Assembly (NCBI GenBank): GCA_020348445.1
Contig: CP070751.1
Span: forward strand, 1,204,823 to 1,223,202
Origin: Thermoplasmata archaeon
Lineage (GTDB): Archaea > Thermoplasmatota > Thermoplasmata > GCA-020350865
DNA length: 18,380 bases
Direction of reading: 5' to 3'
Positions 8,060 to 16,800 of this stretch are shown in pieces. The notes below the pieces were generated by a model that was not told where the DNA came from, did no database searches, and was given only the letters and a program-made list of their open reading frames with translations. A program made the position numbers and the translations under genes. Each line of letters begins with the position of its first letter. Position 1 is the first letter of the stretch.

Positions 8060-8629
8060 ATGATTTACATGAGAGTGTATGTCGTTGACAACGGCGGCCA
8101 GTGGACCCACAGAGAATGGCGAGTTCTAAAGTACCTTGACGTGGATACCAAGATAATACCCAATACCACGCCCTTTGAGGAACTTGAAGTGGATGGTCTC
8201 GTTCTTTCAGGTGGAGCAGGCAGTACCGTAGGTGATTCCGTTCCTGGTAAAATCGATGATTACCTTGAGAAAGCTGATTTTCCCATTCTCGGAATATGCT
8301 TTGGCCATCATTACATGTCTTTGCATTTTGGTGGGAAGACAGGAACTGCCCAAACTCCCGAATTCGGAAGGACCGAGATTCTCGTGGATGATGAAGACGA
8401 GCTGTTTTCGGGCCTGCCAAATAAGTTCAATGCATGGGAATCCCATAACGACGAGGTAAAGGAACTTGGAGAGGATTTTAAGATACTGGCCCACTCAGAG
8501 AGCTGCAAAGTTCAAGCCATTAAGCATACAAAGAAGCCCTTATATGGTGTGCAGTTTCACCCTGAAGTTGAACACACAGAACATGGATACGATATCTTCA
8601 AGAATTTTCTGAAACTATGTGAGAAATAG
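8060..8629 (+). CDS. guaAA: GMP synthase (glutamine-hydrolysing) subunit A, class I glutamine amidotransferase
   Basis: VVDNGGQWTHREWRVL N-terminus typical of archaeal GMP synthase A; LVLSGG; nucleophile GICFGH; AWESHNDEV; QFHPEVEHT catalytic His-x-Glu. Alternative start ATG 8069. Confidence 0.9.
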   Translation: MIYMRVYVVDNGGQWTHREWRVLKYLDVDTKIIPNTTPFEELEVDGLVLSGGAGSTVGDSVPGKIDDYLEKADFPILGICFGHHYMSLHFGGKTGTAQTPEFGRTEILVDDEDELFSGLPNKFNAWESHNDEVKELGEDFKILAHSESCKVQAIKHTKKPLYGVQFHPEVEHTEHGYDIFKNFLKLCEK

Positions 8630-8652
8630 ATTTTAGGATTGGGGGAGGACAA

Positions 8653-9750
8653 ATGCTGGAAAAAATTGACTTACGAGAGTTATCAGAGATAAGCGATACA
8701 AGACCATCTTTTGTTAGTGTCTACTTGAATGCAATGGATGACCGCACTGAAAAATTCCTTAACAAAAGAGAAAGGGATTGCCTCAATGCATTGAAACAGG
8801 AGAGGGAATTAAAAGAGATATTTAAAAAGAACATGGAAAAGGTCCGGGAATTTCTAAAAACCGGGAAGACTGGAGGAGCAAAATCATATGCCATATTTTC
8901 ATCCTCACCTAAGAACTTCTTTTATGGCTACGAGCTGCCTTTAGAGGTGGAAAACCAGCTCATAGTTGATACCTCACCCTACATTCGACCCTTGGCCATG
9001 TTGGAGGAGGAATGGGAATCCATGGCAATAGTTCTTCTTGACCACAGCAATGCAAGACTCTACATGATATCTTCTGCAATGATCCAGGATACAAAGAAGA
9101 TGCACAAGGACATAATGAACAAGCACAAAAAAGGCGGCTGGTCCCAGATGAGATTTCAAAGGCTCAGAAAGGGCGCAATAGATCATTTCTTCAAGGAGGT
9201 CTCAGAGTACCTGGAGGGCTTTTTGGAGAAGGAGAATGTGAGAAGGATCATCTTGGCAGGTCCAGGTTCTGCAAAGAAGGAGTTTGCAGAGTACCTACCT
9301 GAACCGACCCAAAAAAAGGTCATAAGTATAATCGATGAGGATATAGATGTTCCAGAGGGGCAGCTTCTTTCAGATTCATTTGAAAATTTCTTTAAGAAAG
9401 AAAGGGAAGAGGAAAATGAGATGGTGGCAAATCTAAGGGCCGAGATTCTAAAAGGCGGCCTCGTGGCCTATGGAGTAGACGATACTTTGGCTGCCGTAAC
9501 AGAGGGAAGGGCAGAGCTGCTTCTCATAAACATGGGAAAAAGGGCAGTTGGTTGGAAATGCGAGTTATGCAAGATATTTAAACCCGGTTCTGCAGAGACA
9601 TGCGAAAGCTGTGGAAAGCCAGTATTTAATGTAGATCTTGTGGAGGAGTTGGTTGAGGCAGCAAAGAGCCTGGGAACCACCCTGGAGTTCGTAAAGGACA
9701 ACGAATTTTTAGATGAGCTGGGAGGAGTGGCTGCGTTTTTGAGGTTCTAG
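8653..9750 (+). CDS. Non-canonical aRF1/eRF1-superfamily protein (baeRF/VLRF1-like), 365 aa
   Basis: RNase H-like middle domain with HKKGGWSQMRFQRLR loop; ILAGP motif; C-domain GLVAYGVDDT...AELLL; Zn-knuckle CELC...CESC; terminal GGVAAFLRF. No NIKS or YxCxxxF motif. SD GGAGG upstream. Confidence 0.85.
   Translation: MLEKIDLRELSEISDTRPSFVSVYLNAMDDRTEKFLNKRERDCLNALKQERELKEIFKKNMEKVREFLKTGKTGGAKSYAIFSSSPKNFFYGYELPLEVENQLIVDTSPYIRPLAMLEEEWESMAIVLLDHSNARLYMISSAMIQDTKKMHKDIMNKHKKGGWSQMRFQRLRKGAIDHFFKEVSEYLEGFLEKENVRRIILAGPGSAKKEFAEYLPEPTQKKVISIIDEDIDVPEGQLLSDSFENFFKKEREEENEMVANLRAEILKGGLVAYGVDDTLAAVTEGRAELLLINMGKRAVGWKCELCKIFKPGSAETCESCGKPVFNVDLVEELVEAAKSLGTTLEFVKDNEFLDELGGVAAFLRF
9706..9750 (+). 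repeat. Direct repeat copy 1 (attL-like), the 3' end of the release-factor gene
   Basis: TTTTTAGATGAGCTGGGAGGAGTGGCTGCGTTTTTGAGGTTCTAG; the 25-bp core 9714-9738 is identical to 10838-10862. Confidence 0.92.
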
Positions 9751-9770
9751 TTAATAGGACCAATAAATTA

Positions 9771-9825
9771 TTAGGCCCTACCCTTTTTCTTTAAAGCGAA
9801 ACATTTATAATAAAGTAGGGCCTAA
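9771..9825. promoter_or_regulatory. fic promoter (BRE/TATA 9793-9811) flanked by two TAGG-N-CCTA palindromes forming an 11-bp inverted repeat
   Basis: TTAGGCCCTAC (9771-9781) and GTAGGGCCTAA (9815-9825) are exact reverse complements. AAAGCGAAACATTTATAAT lies between them, with the TATA about 23 nt upstream of ATG 9834. Confidence 0.7.
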
Positions 9826-9833
9826 CTACTATT

Positions 9834-10811
9834 ATGGTGTATCATAAGATAAAGAAAATCAAAGGGAGAACCTACAATTACCTAATCGAAAGCTTCAAGT
9901 TCAGGGGGAAGGTTCACCAGATCCAAAAGTACCTGGGAACCAAAAAAATGAAGAGGATTGAAATAGAAAATGCCAAGGAAAAACATAGAGATTGGTTCCG
10001 TTATGAGACTATCAAGAAGAAAGCCTCCTTTTCAGCCTTGGAATATAAGTCTGCTATCCTTTCATCCAAACAACTTACACAACTCGAGACCATCCGTTAT
10101 ACCTTTCGTAAATTTAAAAGAAACTTGCATCCCAATGAAATAGAGAGACTTGAGAGGGATTTTGATATCGGTTATGTTTATTCTACCACTTCAACTGAAG
10201 GGAACACATGCACGCTCTCTGAGGTTACACGAATTTTGGAAAATCATTTAACTCCTAAAGGAAGATCCCTAAGAGAAATATATGAAATTAGGAACTTTGA
10301 GGAGGTACTGAGATTTCGGAAGGGATATAAAGGTGACCTCTCAAAGAAATTCATACTAAAACTTCATGAGCTTGTTATGAAAGATATCGATCTATATACC
10401 CTTGGTAACTTTCGGAGAATAGAAGTGGCTATATTAGGAAGCGATACCACTCCTGTGCCTGCTATCTTTGTGGAGGAAGAGATTGACAAACTCCTTAAAT
10501 GGTATCACAAGAACAAGGGTAAAATTCATCCATTGGAACTTGCATGCGAATTTCATGTGCGATTCGAAGCAATTCATCCTTTCACCGATGGTAATGGAAG
10601 GGTGGGAAGGGAGATTTTTAATTTCATGATAACCAGATCAGGTTTCCCTTCATTCAATTTCAATGTAAAAAAGAGGGATGAATATCTTGATGGCCTTGAA
10701 ATGGGACAGAAGGGAGATTTGAATCCTATCATGGACTACATCATGGATAATTTTATAAAACAGATGAAGGTAAGACTCAAAAATAATCCTTTGATGAAAG
10801 TCTTTGATTAA
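9834..10811 (+). CDS. Fic-domain protein (325 aa) with N-terminal basic domain and internal inhibitory motif
   Basis: Canonical Fic motif HPFTDGNGRVGR at 10575..10610; (S/T)xxxE(G/N) inhibitory motif TTSTEGN at 10185..10205; basic N-terminus KIKKIKGRTYNYLIESFKFRGKVHQIQKYLG. Confidence 0.93.
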   Translation: MVYHKIKKIKGRTYNYLIESFKFRGKVHQIQKYLGTKKMKRIEIENAKEKHRDWFRYETIKKKASFSALEYKSAILSSKQLTQLETIRYTFRKFKRNLHPNEIERLERDFDIGYVYSTTSTEGNTCTLSEVTRILENHLTPKGRSLREIYEIRNFEEVLRFRKGYKGDLSKKFILKLHELVMKDIDLYTLGNFRRIEVAILGSDTTPVPAIFVEEEIDKLLKWYHKNKGKIHPLELACEFHVRFEAIHPFTDGNGRVGREIFNFMITRSGFPSFNFNVKKRDEYLDGLEMGQKGDLNPIMDYIMDNFIKQMKVRLKNNPLMKVFD

Positions 10812-10830
10812 AGCAAATAGATTTGAAACT

Positions 10831-10874
10831 TTTTTAGTGAGCTGGGAGGAGTGGCTGCGTTTATGAGGTATTAG
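10831..10874 (+). repeat. Direct repeat copy 2 (attR-like), orphan 3' end of a release-factor gene
   Basis: TTTTTAG-TGAGCTGGGAGGAGTGGCTGCGTTTATGAGGTATTAG matches copy 1 at 41/45 positions (1 indel, 3 substitutions) and translates as ELGGVAAFMRY*. Confidence 0.92.
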
Positions 10875-10881
10875 AGACCTC

Positions 10882-13800
10882 TTAGAGCTCCCTGTTCTCT
10901 GTATCCTCGATTTCTTCTGTTTTACCTTCAGGCTCATCATCGAGTTCTGTAGGGCCTTCATCATCAAGCTCCTCGGTTACTATTTCTTCTTCAGGTCTTA
11001 GGTCCTCGTCATAGACTTCCTCTTCTATGACCTCCTCTTCTAGCGGTTCCTCTATTTCCTCGTAACCTTCTTCTCCCACCAGTTCCTCTTCGACCTCTTC
11101 TTCACCATAGCTTTCTTCGATTTCCTCTATTTCTTCAGGAGCTTCTTCTCCTGCAACTTCCTCTTCTCCTTCAGCAAGGCCTTCTTCCACTTCTGGGATC
11201 TCCTCTGCTTCCTTTTTCTTTCTGGTGAGCAGGAAGAGCAATATGACGATGATTATGATCACCACTATGATAATGAAGGGCAGGACATTCATCTCCTCTT
11301 CATCCTCTTTTTCAGCAGTTCCTATGGTAACAGAATAATCATCACTTATGAAGGGATTTCCTGCAGTATCTGTGACCTCGAAGTAGTAATGCAGAGTCCC
11401 GCTTTCTTCGGGGGTGATTGAGCCTGAATACGTACCTTCCGATTCTTCAAGGGTCAGGGGCTTTTTCTTGGACTCATCATCACCGAACCAGTACCATACC
11501 TTAACCTCTGAGACACCTATGTTATCTGAGACATCGATTTGGAAGCGGAATTCTTTCCCCTTCTCACCGGATGTATCGGAAGCTGGATTGGATATGCTTC
11601 CGGGATCGTCATCAGTAACAGTAATGACGGTTGATGTTGCCGTATTCGGGTTGTTGGCACTGTCATTGAACACAACAAAGTATGTGATGCTTGCCAGGCT
11701 GTCTGAGGGTATGTGGATGGTGTAGTTGTAGTAATCGCCGTCCTTGACCAAATCATATAGTGTGCCATCGATGCTGATTTTGTAGTAAGTTATACCGACA
11801 TTATCTGTTGCGTGGAGGCTTACAAGCAGGGAGTCGCCAGTTGTTCCTGCATTTGGATGTAGGACCCAGTCGAACTCGGGCTGCTCGCTATCAGTGGGAA
11901 GGGTCACAGTTATCACGGTGTCATCAGTTGTTATAGGATTACCAGCAGCGTCTTTGAATGTAACGTCGTATGTGATGCTGGCGGAACTTCCAGGTGGAAT
12001 ATTGATCGTATAGTTGAAGTAGTCCCCATCTTTGATCATGTCATAAGTTGTTCCATCGATATTGATTTTATAGTAAGTAACTCCGATATTGTCTAATGCC
12101 GTGAGGCTTACCAGAACCGATTCTCCTGCCGTGCCGGTTGAGGGATGCAGGACCCAGGTGTATGAGGGAGAATCATCGTCCGTGACAGTTATTGTGGTGT
12201 CATCGGTTATGTTATCGTTGCCCCACCAATCACTGAATGTTATATTGTAGGTTATACTGGCCGTGCTGTCACTTGGAATATTGAGGGTGTAATTGTAATA
12301 GTCACCATCCCGGCTCATTTCGTGAAGAGCTCCATCTATAATGATCCTATAATATGTGATGCCAGTATTATCTGTAGCCAGGAGACTTATAAGCACGTGT
12401 TCGCCCGTTGTACCTGTGGTAGGCCGTAAGACCCAGGTATAGGTGGGTTTTTCATCATCTGTGCTGGTTATTGTTAATACGGTGTCCTCAGTGGTAATGG
12501 AGTTACCCTCATTATCTTTGAATGTGACATTATACGGTATATCCTCCGTACTTTCAATCGGAATATTGAAGGTATAATTATAGTAATCACCATCCTTTAC
12601 CATATCGAAGGTTGTTCCATTGATGGTGATGGTGTAATTCGTGACTCCTATGTTATCTGTCCCTATCAGGCTAACAGTAAATGTACCTCCTGCCAAACCG
12701 GTAGTGGGTTGTAAAACCCAAGTGTAGGTGGGCTCGTCGTTATCCGTGACCGTGATTGTGGTACCAGGTATTGTATTTGGGTTGTTCGCGCTATCATTGA
12801 GAATGATAGAATAGATGATGTCTGTAATGCTGTCAGGCGGAATATCAATGGTAAAGTTGTAGTAATCACCATCCTTATCAAGATCATAGAGCATGCCATC
12901 GACATCGATCTTATAATAGGTAATCCCGATATTGTCTGTTGCCTGGATGCTCACCAAAACGAATTCACCGGTAGTTCCACCCATTGGCTGAGAGACCCAT
13001 ACAAATGTTGGTGCATCGTTATCTGTGATAGGCACGGTTGTTGGTGTGGTGTTCACCCAGAATCCACCTGAATCAACTGCGGTGAAGTAATATTCTATTA
13101 ATCCGACATAGTCAGAAAGCATGTCTTCGTAGAGCCAGTACGGGCCTGTTCCATTCATTGTTAGATTCTTGTACATTACCACGCCTTCAGGGCGGTAATT
13201 GACATGGACGCTGACGATTCCCATGTTGTCTGATGCATTGATCTCGAAATAAAAGGGATCACCTGTTGTGCCTGAGGTATCAGAATTGTCTGAAAATATG
13301 GTGGGAGGAATATTGTCGATAAGTGTGATAATGACGAGTTGTGTATGGTCCATTGTAGGATTGGGAGTCGCAACTCCAAAGGCTCCTGATTTGGTGGCAT
13401 TTGCAGTATAGTCATTGAAGTTCTTGATGATCCCGGTAATATTCTCCTGATATTCCATGCAGATAATGAAGAAAGCCTGTCCGTCTGAGTTAGCGGTTGA
13501 ATTGAATATCTCGGTTTTATCCACATCGGCAACTGCAACTATGGCTTCGGGAACAGGTAGGGCGACCTGACTCTGCACTAGGACGTTCATGAACCATGCA
13601 ACTTCAAGAAGTGAATCGTAGTCCTCGAAGAACACACTTGCATTATTAAATGTGGAATTAATCATGAAGAGGTACGAGGCTGAGTAAAGACTGATGTCCA
13701 AAACTGCACAGTTAGCAATCGAACCATTGAGCATATGGTGTACAACAGAATTGTTGGAATATATTCCGTAATCGAAAGTATCTATGGTTAATTGGGTGGC

Positions 13801-16800
13801 AAAAACATCGGTTATATTGAAGAGTAACAGGCCTTTGGAGCCTGCAGATCCCCCGATGATATCGCATTCGTTTATATGGAACACAGGCTGTTGGACAGTT
13901 GGGTCTGGATTCTGCCATTCGAAGAGCATGCCAAAGAGTCCCCCGTCGAATGTGTTTCCTTGGATGATGACATCCCCCACCAGTAAGGTCGGGGTGCCTG
14001 TCACACCCCTTGGTGTATCAACAGTTGTATAGTTGAAGGCACTGAATGCAGAATCAACCAAGTTATCAACAATCATCATGCCAGGGAAAACCACTGTAGA
14101 GTTGTCCATTATGTTAATGCAGCGGTCCAAAACGATGTCGATTCCGGTTATACTCGCGGTTATCGTATTTTGTTTTAAATGGATATCTTCAATGGACAAC
14201 CTTGAATCATTATGGATATTGTAGGCGTTGTCAATGATGTAGCATTTGATCCCTGTTCCGTTTGTGCAGGTGATGTTGTTCTTCTCTATGACAACCGGAC
14301 CCATATTAGCCTGAGATTCATTCCATAAGTTGTAACCGAAATATTCCATTCCAAAATAGATCCCATAGTCAAATGCGGTGATGGTATTGTTCGCGATAGA
14401 TATACCTGTGGCGTTCACTGATGCGAAATCCATGAGCTCTTCGGCGACATCGTATCCATAGAAATAGATGCCAGTACCTTGGGGGACAGTGATAATGTTG
14501 CTTTCCAACCTTATCTCACCAACCTCAACTACTGCCCGGCATTCGGATAAGCCTAAAACATCGAGATAGAATCCGATTCCCTCGTAATAGAAGTATATGC
14601 CATAACTTCCATTGGAAAAAATGTTGTTATTTGACACTATGTAATCTCCAAAATGTGCCTGGGATTCGTCAGAGACATAATTCCCCGAATAATAGGGGCC
14701 AGTATAGATCCCGTAATGCGTGGGGGACCAGGATGTGATATTGTTGAACATGATGTAACAGCTGCCCACCTCGAAGTAAGAATAGTCGTATATGTGACTA
14801 CCGAAGTTCTCCCACCACCATGACTCTATGCCACTCCCTCCTGTTGAGTTCAGTGTGTTGTGCATTATCTCGTTCTTGCCAAAATGTGCACTTGAATTGC
14901 CATACATGTATGAACCAAAATACGTTGGCTGAAAGTATATTCCATTATTACCGGCGGTGATTGTGTTGCCTATGAAGCTGAAGTCGCCAATGGTGAAGGT
15001 TGCACTATCGTACATGTAATATGCCCAGTTGTATGGTTGGAAATCGATTCCATCTGCCAAAGAACCAACAATGATCTCATTGCCGTTGAATTCGAAGTAC
15101 CCTAGCTCTGCATGGCTCTGGTCGTACATCTGGTATCCCACATATCGGGGTTGATCGAAACTGATACCGTCGGAACCAAGATCCGTGGTATTTATTACGT
15201 TGTTGTTTATCAAGAAGTTCCCAAAGAACACCATGGAATCATTGTGCAGATCTGCCGCTAAGTCATGGAAGGACGCAAAGCGTATCCCCCAATCCTTTGA
15301 TGTGATATTGTTACGGAGGAACTCGAAATCCCCGAAGTGAGCACTGGAGCCGTTGTACATCTGATAACCCAACCAGTAGGCTGAAACCTCAAAACCAAGC
15401 CCGTTCACACAGTATATGATGTTGTCATTCATTTGAACATGTCCCATATTGAAAATGGAGCCGTCATACATGCTCGAACCTAGCTTATCCAAATATAATT
15501 CGATACCAGCATAATAACCTCCATTGAAAAGTAACACATCATTATCGTTCAGCTGGATACTACCCATGGTGACGGATGAATTACCCAAGGTATAATAACC
15601 GATCTCGCCTATTTCAATGCGCATCCCATCATTGTAAGCTTCAATGATGGTGTTATCATTGAATAGGAAGTTACCATATGAGGCCGTGTTTTCGCCATAC
15701 AAATAATTACCCAAATTGTAGATATCACAGAATATTCCTTCATCCCCATCGGTGGTGTTTACTGTATTTCTGCAGACCTCTATGTTCCCGTTCATTGTGA
15801 ACGTTGCGGTGTCATACATATTTGCACCATAGTTGGATATCCAGTTTATATGAATACCATTTGCATGGGTTCCGGTTCCAAAGATTACTGTTACAGTATT
15901 GTCGTTAACCAGTATGGGCCCCACAATGGCCTGTGATTCATTATACATCTCGTAACCGACATATTGGGTTAGGAAGAGAATTCCGTAACTGTCCACAGAA
16001 GCAGGATCCTGACCGGAAGTTATCGTATTGTTCAATACAATTATACTTCCCATTTCGAATGTGGACATATCATGCATATCGTAACCTGCGTACTCAAACT
16101 GGCAATAGATACCCTGATTTTGTGATTCGATGATGTTGTTTGAAACCGATAAATCCCCAAAGGTTGCGCTTGCGGTTCCTGTCATAGTGTAGGCCAATTC
16201 GTAGGCATTGATATAGATACCGTGAGAATCATCACAGGTGATGTTATTATCATTTAATTGGATGTGGCCCAAATTAACTGAGGAGTTCCCAAACATCTCG
16301 TAACCGTTCTCATAGAAGAGGAAATAGATACCTTTATAAAAGCCACTGGGAATGGATCCGGCGATTATCTCGTTGCGGTTGACCTCGATATTTCCAAAGG
16401 TCGCTAATGAATTGTTATGGACATCAGAGCCCCAGTATAGGATGGCATTGATGTTAATACCGTGACCTGTGGAATTAACTATATTGTCACTGAACAGGAA
16501 ATTACCAAAGTGGACTTCTGCATTATCATACACTCTCCAGGCCCATGAATCCATGTATATATAGATACCATAAAAACCAATTGTGCTTATGCTATTCCCT
16601 GCAATTTCAAAGTCTCCCATAGTAAATACTGATTGGCCGTAGATTTGTTTCCCCATATCATACCAGTCGCCAAAGTCTATACCATAGCCATTCGAGTTGT
16701 TTATTATGTTGTCATTTAGGAAAAAGTGTCCAAATGTAACTTGATTATCTCCCCTGAGATAATTGCCCCAATACCCCATGTTACTCATTATGATGCCCCC

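Larger units (their letters stand above)
9706..10874. mobile_element. Putative integrated single-gene fic cassette (1,124-bp repeat offset), no integrase encoded
   Basis: fic and its promoter are enclosed by a duplicated 3' end of the upstream gene. Mobility is inferred from the att-like architecture only. Confidence 0.6.

Noticed and set aside
8060-8629. GMP synthase subunit A without an adjacent subunit B
   Set aside because: Split, unlinked guaAA/guaAB genes are common in archaea.
9706-10874. Direct repeats read as a CRISPR array, or the cassette read as an IS element
   Set aside because: Only two copies 1.1 kb apart, derived from a coding 3' end. There is no transposase, and the 11-bp inverted repeat is internal around a promoter, not terminal.
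10865-10881. GAGGT-N7-ACCTC mini-hairpin between the convergent stops
   Set aside because: A 5-bp stem is expected by chance.
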